Positions 1 to 8,437 of a stretch of 36,033 bases of DNA are shown piece by piece. The stretch spans positions 1-36,033 of the forward strand of contig JAXGRZ010000001.1 of NCBI GenBank assembly GCA_040765305.1. Direction: 5' to 3'. A program made the translations under genes and the position numbers. Within the stretch, counting starts at the first letter, position 1, and every line of letters begins with the position of its first letter. The stretch comes from Hyphomicrobiaceae bacterium (GTDB lineage Bacteria > Pseudomonadota > Alphaproteobacteria > Rhizobiales > Hyphomicrobiaceae). The notes beneath the pieces are model-generated. The model saw only the letters and a list, made by a program, of their open reading frames with translations. It had not been told where the DNA came from and ran no database searches.

Positions 1-95
1 AACAGTTCAACCTTGGCGATCATTGCAAGCCCAACGCAATTCGGGCCCACCGCTGGATGCGATGAGCCCGAATTGCAGTTGCTTTTATGCCAATA

Positions 96-1763
96 TCAGG
101 CGACGTGCTGGAGCTGCGGGTCGTCTGCAGCGTGATGACTTGCATCGGCGACAACCGATGTGTCGAGCGTGTAGACATCGCCAAGCGCTGCGCCATCGGC
201 AGAACCGAACCACACATCCTCAGTCAGGATTGTCTGGCCATCGGCCGTTGTAGCAACCGACTGCATCAGGCGATCACCAGCCCCGTCAGCAACCATATCG
301 AAATTGGTCGCGATCGACTTGATCCCCAGATCCTGAACCGAACGCAGCTCGCCATCCTGAACCAGCGCATCACCGTTATCAATCCAGACGCTAAGTCCGT
401 CCAGCTCCGCTCCGGTGAGCTGATGGTCACCGTTGGTATCGAGCGATGCCAGCTTCTCGTAGCCATTAGCGAACGCACCACCCTGATCACCAAACAGACG
501 ACCTCCGTTCATGTCGCCGGCGGCGTTGCCATCGCGATTGTCAACCAGTAGGCCGTCGCCACTGCCATCCAGCCATTCAATGCTGTCAGCCTTACCATCC
601 CCATTGATGTCGAACTGGACGGTTTTGCCGATCTCACCGGCATACTCATATGACGTCGAGGCACCGGTGACATTGATCTGGCCATCGCCATTGAGGTCGA
701 GAGCAACCGGGGTGTGGCGCAGAGCAAAGTTCTCGATCGTCACCTGCGTGCTTGGGCTTTCAATGCACTGCGTGTCGTTCGAACCTGCAACGGTGAAGGT
801 AAAGGTCTCCGCCCCTTCCTGTGCATCGGGTGCGCTATGCGAATAGGTCATTTGCATGTCGTAGAGCGCCTGGACACTGAATGCCTCGCTCGTCGTCGCA
901 CCGGCCTTGACATCGACGGTGAATGTCCCGTCGCTGCCGATCTGGATTTCCTTGCCGCTGGCATCAAGGATCCGGAAATCCTGGACAGCATTTTCAATAC
1001 CAACCGGGAACTTCTGCAGGTCCTCGCGCGTCATGCCATACCGATCAAACATAAGTTTATCGATTTCGGGGCCCCGAGACAGCGCATCATCCTTGTCGGC
1101 TTGTGAACCGAAATAGAAGGTCGCTTGCTTATCACCGAGAATATAGCCGGAGAACAGTTTGATGCCGTAGTCCGCCAGGAACGCGGTCTGCTCACCGACA
1201 CGAACCGTGAGGGTCGTATCAGCAGCCGCCGGCTTGTCGAGCGTGACAGAGAAAGCCTGAGTCTCGCCTTCCGTTATCGTGTAGTCCGCGGATGTGACCT
1301 TCGCAACGACATTCATATGCTCCGGCTCCGGTTCTGGCTCCGGCTGCGGCGCGGGCGGGGGGGAAGTGGTGAAAAGGTCATCCGTTTCGACGGTCTGATC
1401 GGTGAAGCAAAGATCGGTGCCCTTGGAAAGAACCTCGAACCAGTCTCCCTTCCACACCACAATGCCCTGCCCGTCCTCGGTCAGGCCCCAGCCGTAGTCC
1501 GCCGAGTTGCCATTGATGGCGAACGTACCCGACGTCGACGATCCAGCGCCGGCATCCGTACCGCCGGCGCCACCGTTGTCACCGCCACCGTTGTCACCAT
1601 TGAAAAGAGAGTCTGTCGCGACGGTCTTATCGGTGAAGCAAAGGTCAGTGCCCTTGTCGAGGATTTCAAACCAATCACCATTCCAGACAACAATGCCCTG
1701 ACCATCTTCCGTAAGACCCCAGCCATAATCGGAAGAACAACCATTGATCGTGTGTGCGCTCAT
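96..1763 (-). CDS. Ca2+-binding repeat protein, adhesin-like, probably exported without a Sec signal peptide
   Basis: 555-aa ORF with AGGAG 7 nt upstream of the ATG at 1763. Two ~49-aa N-terminal repeats (aa 6-54 and 83-131: INGxSxDYGWGLTEDGQGIVVWxGDWFExLxKGTDLCFTD). G/N/D-rich and PE-rich (PPPAPQPEPEPEPE) linkers. A Calx-beta-like segment (ADYTITEGETQAFSVTLDKP...TLTVRV). D-x-N/D-G-D-G type loops (DLNGDGQI, DINGDGKAD, DGSGDGLL, DTNGDHQL). No hydrophobic N-terminus. Confidence 0.8.
   Translation of the reverse strand: MSAHTINGCSSDYGWGLTEDGQGIVVWNGDWFEILDKGTDLCFTDKTVATDSLFNGDNGGGDNGGAGGTDAGAGSSTSGTFAINGNSADYGWGLTEDGQGIVVWKGDWFEVLSKGTDLCFTDQTVETDDLFTTSPPPAPQPEPEPEPEHMNVVAKVTSADYTITEGETQAFSVTLDKPAAADTTLTVRVGEQTAFLADYGIKLFSGYILGDKQATFYFGSQADKDDALSRGPEIDKLMFDRYGMTREDLQKFPVGIENAVQDFRILDASGKEIQIGSDGTFTVDVKAGATTSEAFSVQALYDMQMTYSHSAPDAQEGAETFTFTVAGSNDTQCIESPSTQVTIENFALRHTPVALDLNGDGQINVTGASTSYEYAGEIGKTVQFDINGDGKADSIEWLDGSGDGLLVDNRDGNAAGDMNGGRLFGDQGGAFANGYEKLASLDTNGDHQLTGAELDGLSVWIDNGDALVQDGELRSVQDLGIKSIATNFDMVADGAGDRLMQSVATTADGQTILTEDVWFGSADGAALGDVYTLDTSVVADASHHAADDPQLQHVA
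1371..1748 (-). repeat. Internal tandem duplication encoding the two N-terminal modules (1602-1748 and 1371-1517) separated by a Gly/Asn/Asp-rich linker
   Basis: The two nucleotide segments align by eye at roughly 75% identity (e.g. gaagcaaagatcggtgcccttgg... vs gaagcaaaggtcagtgcccttgt...). The encoded peptides are about 80% identical. Confidence 0.8.
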
Positions 1764-2434
1764 TATCGACTCCTGTCAGGCGCTTGCAGGCGATCCATTC
1801 CGATCGCGGGTGAACTTTGCAAATCCAGTCGAACAACTCGTCTGGCTTGGCGCCCAGCAATCGCAGATTCCGTACCAGTGCCACTGCCGCCCGAAAAATG
1901 GGCCAAAACGGCTTATTGAAACGTGGGCGGAAAACAGGATTGCGTTTCGCGATGAAACGTTGAGTTTTAAAAAAAGACACCGAAATAAATACAAACAGAC
2001 TCGCTAACGAACTGTTTGCGCAATGAATATCTGCCAACTGCGCCAATCAAGCGTTTTGCCCGACGACAACAGATTCCCAATTCCGTTCGGATATGAAGCA
2101 GACCACTGCTCAACATGGATTACGAGAAGACAAAACAATTGCTTCCACCACACCGGCAACACGACGGGACGTGGTGAGCGGTACTGATCATCCACAACGA
2201 CCAATTTTGAAAAGCATCTTATCGGCTACCTTGAGCAAGGATGGCCCGCGCGGCTGACCAGAGCACCCATACCTCAACGGTTCTTGAAGCTTGTCTTCAA
2301 GGTCTTTGAGACCAGGCTCATACGCCGTGCTTTCCAACCCTGCTGCTGCGACCACTTCCGCCAGGAAGCCAGCGTCAACAAGCCAACTCGATGGGCCATG
2401 TGCCGAAGTTTGCGCGGCGGCGACCCGCTCAATT

Positions 2435-2462
2435 CCCTCTCCCCGTCCTTACGGGGAGAGGG
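2435..2462. repeat. REP-like perfect hairpin (12-bp stem, 4-nt loop) in a C/G-tract context
   Basis: ccctctccccgt-cctt-acggggagaggg; the arms are exact reverse complements. It translates to the artefactual 'SPSPRKDGERE' / 'LSPSLRGEGEA' peptides typical of intergenic palindromic repeats in Rhizobiales. Confidence 0.6.
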
Positions 2463-2749
2463 AGAGGCCGCACTACGATCACCGCACCGGATCAAAACTC
2501 ACGTGCACTCAGTCAAAATCGAAGGCTCCGCCCTGAAACCGCGAACGGTCCGCCCACTCAATCCCACGTCCTGATGATACATGCACCAGCCCGATGCACC
2601 GCGCGCTCCAACAGGGTGTTCAGGCTCGATCGCAGAGGATGTAGCTACCGAATGGAGTTTCGCTGAAACCTGGCCAGTCCTAGCCTCCCGCCCTGGGGGG
2701 CGATATCGCGCCAGTGCGATGACGGCCATGCCCCCGTGAGAAAGGCGGG

Positions 2750-3385
2750 CTACAGCTTGTGCGCCATGCGCACGCGCTTGGTTTCCAGATAGCGCTTGTT
2801 GTAGATCGACGGTTCGGTGTGGAGCGGCACCTGCTCGCTCACCTTGATGCCCTCAGCGCGCAACGCCTCGACCTTGGCCGGGTTGTTGGAGAGCAGCCTG
2901 ACCTCGGGCATGCCCAGGTCGAGCAGCACGTGAGCTGCTAGATCATATTCGCGCGCATCAATCGGCGCGCCGATCTCGATGTTGGCATCGACCGTATCGA
3001 GCCCTTGATCCTGCAGCGCATAGGCTCGGATCTTGTTGACCAAGCCAATGCCGCGACCCTCATGATAGGGCAGGTAGATGAGCACCCCGACGGGGCTCGA
3101 CGTAATGCGATCGAGCGCCGCCTGCAGCTGCGCATAGCAATCGCACCTCAGCGAATGAAAAATGTCACCCGTCACACAGCCTGAATGAACACGCGCGAGC
3201 GGCAGTTCGTCATTGGCGGCATCCTTCGAGCGATGAATGAGAGCCAGCGCCTGCACGTGCTCTTCGACGCCCTGGTAGGCGCGCGCATCAAGCATGACCT
3301 CCCGCCCACGCAACTCGATTGGAAGAATGGTTTGCGCTGACCAGTCGATTTTCAATTCAACAGATGTGACCACTTTCGGCTTCAT
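2750..3385 (-). CDS. ribA: GTP cyclohydrolase II
   Basis: 211 aa. Contains HSGCVTGDIFHSLRCDCYAQL (Zn-site C-x-C region), YLPYHEGRGIGLVNKIRAYALQDQGLDTVDAN and LLSNNPAKVEAL, hallmark RibA motifs. Confidence 0.93.
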   Translation of the reverse strand: MKPKVVTSVELKIDWSAQTILPIELRGREVMLDARAYQGVEEHVQALALIHRSKDAANDELPLARVHSGCVTGDIFHSLRCDCYAQLQAALDRITSSPVGVLIYLPYHEGRGIGLVNKIRAYALQDQGLDTVDANIEIGAPIDAREYDLAAHVLLDLGMPEVRLLSNNPAKVEALRAEGIKVSEQVPLHTEPSIYNKRYLETKRVRMAHKL

Positions 3386-3701
3386 TAAGGGTTCCGGGAA
3401 AGTCGATTGGCCGATTTATGCTCGCATTCGTGCCTTGACGTAAAGGGCCCAGTTCGTTGCAGCGCGCTGAACACCACGATACCAAGACAGTACCGACCAT
3501 GAAACCTGACCCATTTTGAGGGTTACTGCGTGATGTGAGTGTCCTGCCTGATCGCTCGAATTTCAAACCTCAATGGCCAACGGTATCTGAATTGGGCCTA
3601 TCAATGGGACATTTCAAGGGTTGATCGGCAATGCCCCGAGCCTCTCCACGCAACTTCCAAGCCCGAAAACACCGGCGAAGGACCGCGGCGCGCTCAGGCC
3701 T

Positions 3702-4136
3702 TCAATCCCTCAAGCGGTCGTATTCGATCTTGGGGCAGCGGTCCATGACCACCTTGAGACCTGCCGCTTCCGCCGCGGCCGCGGCTTCGTCATTGCGCAC
3801 GCCCAACTGCATCCAGATAACCTTGATCTGCAGTTTGTCCTTGAGATCAATGGCCGCGCGCGTGACGTCCAGCGCCGCATCGGAATTGCGAAAGACGTCG
3901 ACCACATCGACGGGGGCGGGCACATCGCCCAGCGCTGCATAGACGGTGCGATCAAGTATCTTGCCATTGGCGTGACCCGGGTTGACGGGATCAACCCGAT
4001 AGCCCTTCGAAATCAGATAGCGGGCAACGCCGAAGCTCGGGCGCTCCGGATTGGCGCTGGCACCGACGATCGCAAACGAATGCACCTCATCGAGGATGGC
4101 GGAGATATAGGCGTCGTCGTAGGTGTCGTGATTCAT
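3702..4136 (-). CDS. CoA-binding domain protein (YccU/YneT family)
   Basis: 144 aa. Contains IVGASANPERPSFGVARYLISKGYRVDPVNP...VDVVDVFRNS...VIWMQLGVRNDEAA, a typical CoA_binding_2 architecture. Confidence 0.85.
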   Translation of the reverse strand: MNHDTYDDAYISAILDEVHSFAIVGASANPERPSFGVARYLISKGYRVDPVNPGHANGKILDRTVYAALGDVPAPVDVVDVFRNSDAALDVTRAAIDLKDKLQIKVIWMQLGVRNDEAAAAAEAAGLKVVMDRCPKIEYDRLRD

Positions 4137-4226
4137 GTATCAAGCCGTCAGTTTGGGTGGTGGCAATTTCGCCGGCGTGCCGTTCGCGCTTTTGGTGAAT
4201 AGATCGGGTTAAACGCTCGAGTTCGC

Positions 4227-5048
4227 TCAATACCCCTTCCACTCGGGCTTGCGTTTATCGAGGAATGCGCCAATGCCCTCCTCAGCGTCGCGATAGAGCA
4301 TGTTTTTGACCATGACGCCGACTGCGTAGTCATAGGCCTCACCAAGCGGCTGCTCGATCTGGTTGTAGAACGCCTCCTTACCGATGGCGACGGTCGCTGG
4401 TGATTTGGCAACGATGCGGCGCCCATAGGTCAATGCTTCTTCCATCACGCTGTCTTTGGCGACAGCCTTGTTGACGAGGCCATACTGGGCGGCCTCCTCG
4501 GCGCTGATCAACTCACCCAGCAGCAGCATTTCCATCGCCCGCTTGCGCGGCACGTTGCGCGACAGGGCAACCATGGGCGTCGAACAGAACAGACCGATAT
4601 TGACGCCCGGCGTACAGAACTTGGCGGTATCGGCGGCGACCGCCAGATCGCATGAGGCAACCAACTGGCAGCCCGCCGCCGTCGCCGTCGCCTCAACAGC
4701 AGCAACAACAGGCTTGGGACACTTGATGATCGTCTGCATCAGCCCGGCACACCGGTCCATGGTTTCACTGAAGAAGGCGCGACCTTTATCGGCATCGGCG
4801 CGATGGGCCGTCATCTCCTTGAGATCATGGCCCGCGGAAAACGCAGGACCATTGGCGGCCAGGATGATGGCCGCGATCTCGGGATCATCGCCCAGCATTT
4901 CGAACGCCACCTGCAGCGCCGCCATCATGCCCAGTGACAGCGCGTTACGGTTCCTGGGTCGATTGAGCGTAACGACGGCGATGCCCGGCTCAGGCCGGGT
5001 AATCACTGCCGGAGCACTGGCCAGCTCAGCGTTTGCCGTATCGTGCAT
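4227..5048 (-). CDS. Enoyl-CoA hydratase/isomerase (crotonase) family protein
   Basis: Crotonase motifs are present (VVTLNRPRNRNALS, FSAGHDLKEM, ATAAGCQLVASCDLAVAA, EGIGAFLDKRKPEW). I trimmed the start from the 299-aa ORF to the ATG at 5048, which is preceded by AAGGAGA. Confidence 0.88.
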   Translation of the reverse strand: MHDTANAELASAPAVITRPEPGIAVVTLNRPRNRNALSLGMMAALQVAFEMLGDDPEIAAIILAANGPAFSAGHDLKEMTAHRADADKGRAFFSETMDRCAGLMQTIIKCPKPVVAAVEATATAAGCQLVASCDLAVAADTAKFCTPGVNIGLFCSTPMVALSRNVPRKRAMEMLLLGELISAEEAAQYGLVNKAVAKDSVMEEALTYGRRIVAKSPATVAIGKEAFYNQIEQPLGEAYDYAVGVMVKNMLYRDAEEGIGAFLDKRKPEWKGY

Positions 5049-5202
5049 ACGGATCTCCTTGCGGCCATGCCGCTCTTTAAGTCTATCGGCAGATGAAGCG
5101 CGAACGGCGGCCGCCTTAGCCGCCACCGCCGCTCGATGGAATTGCGATTCCCCGCATCAAGCTCCGGGTGATGTTCAACCCGGCGGCTCTTCTGACATCG
5201 CT

Positions 5203-5733
5203 CTACTGCATCGCGGCTTCGATCTCAGCGCGGTATTTCTTGACTAGTTCGATATTTTCCGGGTGAATGATCGGCGGCATCGACTTGATCGCCTCGTTCA
5301 ACTCCTCCACGAGCAGTTTCTTCTCGGCTGCGGGAATGGCGCCGTCGGCTTCAATGTCCGCAAGCTCTTTCTTCATGGAGTCCTTGGGATCGGTAAATTC
5401 ACCGCTCTCCGGATCCAGCCCGGCCATGACCATCGACACCGACGCAGAGACATCATCGAGTTCCTCGGAACTGGCAAAGCCATGCTTCTTGGCCACCACT
5501 TCGAGTTCCTTCTGCAGCTCCTCGTCAGGCTTGTCGCCTGCCTTCTCCATTTTGGCGGAAATGTCCGTCAGATCCTTCTGTGCGGAGATGAAGCTCTTGA
5601 CTTGAGCCTCACTCAGCTTGATCTGCTTGCTTTCCGTGCCTGCATCCTGTGCCCAGGTCGGCGCGGCGGCGACGCCAACCGCCAATGTCAGCGCCAAAGC
5701 GAGTCGAGTGATGAAGCGAGCGATCAAACGCAT
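5203..5733 (-). CDS. Secreted/periplasmic acidic helical protein of unknown function
   Basis: The internal ATG at 5733 gives MRLIARFITRLALALTLAVGVAAAPTWAQD, a Sec signal peptide with an AxA site. An AAAGGAA SD-like sequence lies upstream. The longer 264-aa ORF would overlap the divergent thioesterase gene. Confidence 0.7.
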   Translation of the reverse strand: MRLIARFITRLALALTLAVGVAAAPTWAQDAGTESKQIKLSEAQVKSFISAQKDLTDISAKMEKAGDKPDEELQKELEVVAKKHGFASSEELDDVSASVSMVMAGLDPESGEFTDPKDSMKKELADIEADGAIPAAEKKLLVEELNEAIKSMPPIIHPENIELVKKYRAEIEAAMQ

Positions 5734-5818
5734 GGCGCGCGTTCCTTTCTGTTTGTGTTGCTGGCCGTTAAAATCCCAATTCCATGGGACCAAACAGAAC
5801 AAGTGAGACGGTAATAAG

Positions 5819-6274
5819 ATGGCAGATCGTACAGCTACTGAGCCACGCCTCACGCTAGAGGAAGTCAGCGCGCTCATGAAGCAGCATTTTCCCCAAGTTG
5901 GCGACAACGGCAAGCTGATCTTGATCGATAGCGTGGACGACCGGGAGGCCCGCCTAAGGCTCCCTGAAAGCGTTGAGCACCTAAGGCCAGGCGGCACCGT
6001 TTCAGGTCCGGCGATGGTGATGCTGGCTGACGTTGCGGTCTATGTCGCAATCCTCGCAACACTGGGTGAGGCGGCACTACAGGCCGTTACCACATCACTC
6101 AACATCAATTTCCTGCGGCGCCCAGCCCCCGGGGAACTGATCGCCGATGCAAAGCTGCTCAAGGTCGGCCGTCGCCTGGTGGTCGGGGAAGTGGCCATTG
6201 CCGACGCCGCCAGCCAGACCCTGCTTGCCCATACGACGGCGACCTATGCGCTACCTGATCGCAATAATGGCTAA
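5819..6274 (+). CDS. PaaI-family (hotdog fold) thioesterase
   Basis: 151 aa. Contains RPGGTVSGPAMVMLADVAVYVAI...TSLNINFLRRP...GRRLVVGEVAI, the typical PaaI/4HBT pattern. Confidence 0.82.
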   Translation: MADRTATEPRLTLEEVSALMKQHFPQVGDNGKLILIDSVDDREARLRLPESVEHLRPGGTVSGPAMVMLADVAVYVAILATLGEAALQAVTTSLNINFLRRPAPGELIADAKLLKVGRRLVVGEVAIADAASQTLLAHTTATYALPDRNNG

Positions 6275-6356
6275 CCCCAATGTCGCGGTATTATTTTACC
6301 ACATAAGATAACTCACTGATTCTTTAATCTAAATCATGAGGCATCAAAAAATGATA

Positions 6357-6385
6357 TTGACAGCCGTCAGGGCTGCGCCTACTCA
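6357..6385 (+). promoter_or_regulatory. Candidate sigma70-type promoter for rplM-rpsI
   Basis: TTGACA (6357-6362), a 17-nt spacer, then TACTCA (6380-6385). An A/T-rich tract (aaatcatgaggcatcaaaaaatgata) lies upstream. The -10 match is weak. Confidence 0.3.
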
Positions 6386-6514
6386 CCGGCACACACCGGT
6401 GCCGAGTTCAAGGTTCCGGCACGCAAAGTTTATCCCGACAGACCGAAGGCGCGGCCATGGCTCACCGACAAGGGCAGCCACACGGCGCTCATCCTTCGCC
6501 AGGAGCATTGAGAC

Positions 6515-6976
6515 ATGAAAACCTTCGTCGCCAAGCCCGGCGAGGTGGAGAAGAAATGGGTCGTAATCGACGCCGACGGCCTTGTCGTCGGACGGCTCGC
6601 AGCCCTCATCGCCACCCGCCTCAAGGGCAAGCACCGCGCCATTTACACACCGCACGTCGACTGTGGTGACAACATTATCGTCGTCAACGCCGAAAAGGTC
6701 GTCTTCACCGGCAACAAGTACGAAGATAAGACCTATCACTGGCACACCGGCTATCCCGGCGGCATCAAAACCCGCACGCCTCGCCAGATCATCGAGGGAA
6801 AATTCCCCGAACGCATCATCGAGAAGGCCGTTGAGCGCATGTTGAAGCGCGGTCCGCTGCAGCGCAAGCTGATGCGCAACCTCAAGGTCTACAAAGGGTC
6901 TGAGCATCCGCACGGTGCGCAGAACCCAACCAAGCTCGACGTCGCAAAAATGAACAGCAAGAATACAAGGGCCTGA
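6515..6976 (+). CDS. rplM: 50S ribosomal protein L13
   Basis: Begins [40 protein letters not shown], and contains [16 protein letters not shown] at 6501-6505. Confidence 0.97.
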   Translation: MKTFVAKPGEVEKKWVVIDADGLVVGRLAALIATRLKGKHRAIYTPHVDCGDNIIVVNAEKVVFTGNKYEDKTYHWHTGYPGGIKTRTPRQIIEGKFPERIIEKAVERMLKRGPLQRKLMRNLKVYKGSEHPHGAQNPTKLDVAKMNSKNTRA

Positions 6977-6981
6977 GGATC

Positions 6982-7458
6982 ATGTCGAACGAGACCAAGA
7001 CACTTGAGGATCTCGGCGAGCTGAAGGATGTCACCCAGGCTGCCCCGGTCCATGTTCAAAAGCTCGACGCGCATGGGCGTGCCTATGCTACCGGCAAGCG
7101 CAAGGACGCCGTCGCACGCGTCTGGCTGAAGCCGGGACGCGGCAAAATCACCGTCAATGACAAGGACTTCACGGTCTATTTCGGCCGTCCGGTCCTGCAG
7201 ATGCTTCTGATGCAGCCAATCAAGGCCGCCAACCGCGCCGACCAGTACGATATCAGCGTCACGGTCGCCGGCGGAGGACTTTCCGGCCAGGCCGGTGCGG
7301 TACGCCACGGAATCTCCAAGGCGCTGACCTACTATGAGCCCGAGCTTCGCCCAGTTCTCAAGCGTGGCGGTTTCCTCACTCGCGACAGCCGCACGGTGGA
7401 ACGCAAGAAATACGGCCGCGCCAAGGCCCGCCGCAGCTTCCAGTTCTCGAAGCGTTAA
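6982..7458 (+). CDS. rpsI: 30S ribosomal protein S9
   Basis: 158 aa. Contains [21 protein letters not shown] and [19 protein letters not shown], and ends RRSFQFSKR. It starts 5 nt after rplM. Confidence 0.97.
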   Translation: MSNETKTLEDLGELKDVTQAAPVHVQKLDAHGRAYATGKRKDAVARVWLKPGRGKITVNDKDFTVYFGRPVLQMLLMQPIKAANRADQYDISVTVAGGGLSGQAGAVRHGISKALTYYEPELRPVLKRGGFLTRDSRTVERKKYGRAKARRSFQFSKR

Positions 7459-7481
7459 GGCGTCTGCAAGGTTCTATTGCA

Positions 7482-7516
7482 AACAGCCCGCCGCTTCGGC
7501 GGGCTGTTCTGTTTTG
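7482..7516 (+). terminator. Rho-independent terminator of rplM-rpsI
   Basis: The stem acagcccgccg / cggcgggctgt has a 3-nt loop and is followed by tctgttttg, 24 nt after the rpsI stop. Confidence 0.8.
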
Positions 7517-7659
7517 TCGCTCAGCTGGCTTGTAACGCGGGCGGCAGAATGCCACATGTCGTTCCGCAATCCGCTGCGCGCAGCGGATGGGACAGCTACG
7601 CTGGCACCGCATTATGGACGCTCGGAAGCAGCGCTAAACCGCTCACAAGGGGGAGTTGG

Positions 7660-8424
7660 ATGGAAAGCTTGGCCTTAAGTGCAGCAGGCACGCTGACGGC
7701 ACTCGCCGAGGAGATCGGGCATGTTTTCTCGCCGACCTGGTGGCAGATGAACTGGGTGGCGCTGTTCAACATCTTGATGATCGACCTGACGCTGGCGGGC
7801 GACAATGCCATCGTCGTCGGCATGGCAGCGTCCCGGGTCAGCCCCGACATGCGCACCAAGGTCATCTTCTGGGGTATAGCCGGCGCCGTGGTGCTGCGCA
7901 TCTTCTTTTCGGGCATTGCACAGCAGATGCTGCAGATCATCGGCCTGACACTTGCCGGTGGCCTTTTGTTGTTGTTCGTCTGCTGGAAAATGTACCGGCA
8001 GATCATCGATGGCGATGCCCATTCGATCGACACCGTCGAGGCCAACCTGGCCTCGGGCAGCGTTTCAGGCAATCAGGTCAGCTTCTGGGGAGCGCTGTGG
8101 ACCATCATCCTGGCCGATCTGTCGATGTCACTCGACAACGTCCTCGCGGTCGCCGGAGCGGCAGGCGAGTCGACCCTGGTGCTGGTGATCGGTCTTGCCA
8201 TTGCGATCATCCTGATGGCGGTCGCATCGACCTATATTGCCAAGCTGCTGGCGCGCTATCCCTGGATCGCGTGGATTGGCCTGCTTATCATTTTGTTCGT
8301 CGCGCTCGACATGATCTACCGCGACAGTCACCACATCGCCTGCTCCGCCTGGGGGGTCGGCTGCTCAGAAACCCTTTTCGATGGCATTATGCACCGGCTC
8401 GGACTCGGGCCAGGTGCGGGTTAG
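7660..8424 (+). CDS. TerC/YjbE-family integral membrane protein
   Basis: Duplicated TerC signature (LTLAGDNAIVVGMAA and DLSMSLDNVLAVAGAA) within multiple TM helices. The start is set to the ATG at 7660, preceded by GGGGGAG. The 315-aa ORF would begin inside the rpsI terminator. Confidence 0.85.
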   Translation: MESLALSAAGTLTALAEEIGHVFSPTWWQMNWVALFNILMIDLTLAGDNAIVVGMAASRVSPDMRTKVIFWGIAGAVVLRIFFSGIAQQMLQIIGLTLAGGLLLLFVCWKMYRQIIDGDAHSIDTVEANLASGSVSGNQVSFWGALWTIILADLSMSLDNVLAVAGAAGESTLVLVIGLAIAIILMAVASTYIAKLLARYPWIAWIGLLIILFVALDMIYRDSHHIACSAWGVGCSETLFDGIMHRLGLGPGAG

Positions 8425-8437
8425 GACGCTTGACGTG

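Noticed and set aside
770-795. tRNA T-arm-like GTTCGAACC
   Set aside because: It lies inside the 96-1763 CDS with no acceptor or anticodon arm complementarity around it. No tRNA-like cloverleaf was found anywhere in the window.
2274-2574. Short ORFs 2274-2495 (-) and 2284-2574 / 2291-2536 (+) in the ribA-downstream gap
   Set aside because: They exist only because they read through the REP-like hairpin, giving 'SPSPRKDGERE' and 'LSPSLRGEGEA'. They have no SD and atypical codon bias.
3386-3701. Possible FMN (RFN) riboswitch upstream of ribA
   Set aside because: I read the minus-strand leader for the conserved RFN blocks (GGGCAGGGTGAAATTCCC...ACCGGCGGT...CCGACGGT...GTCCGGATG). I found only scattered short resemblances (GAAATTC, GGTCGGTACTGTC). 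A covariance-model scan would be needed to be sure.
5734-5997. N-terminal 88-aa extension of ORF 5203-5997, and similar extensions of ORFs 4227-5126, 7477-8424, 8381-9388, 14567-15343, 23487-23891, 27204-28097 and 27993-28565
   Set aside because: In each case an internal ATG with a good SD yields the family-typical N-terminus, signal peptide or lipobox. The extension would overlap a neighbouring gene, terminator or divergent promoter.
6383-6913. 176-aa minus-strand ORF overlapping rplM
   Set aside because: It lies opposite ribosomal protein L13, whose identity is certain. It is a GC-frame artefact.
7517-7659. Possible yybP-ykoY Mn2+ riboswitch upstream of the TerC-family gene
   Set aside because: The only GGGGAG lies at the SD position directly before the ATG, not in a 5' four-way-junction context. 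No UUGACA/GAGAC-type partner loop is seen.
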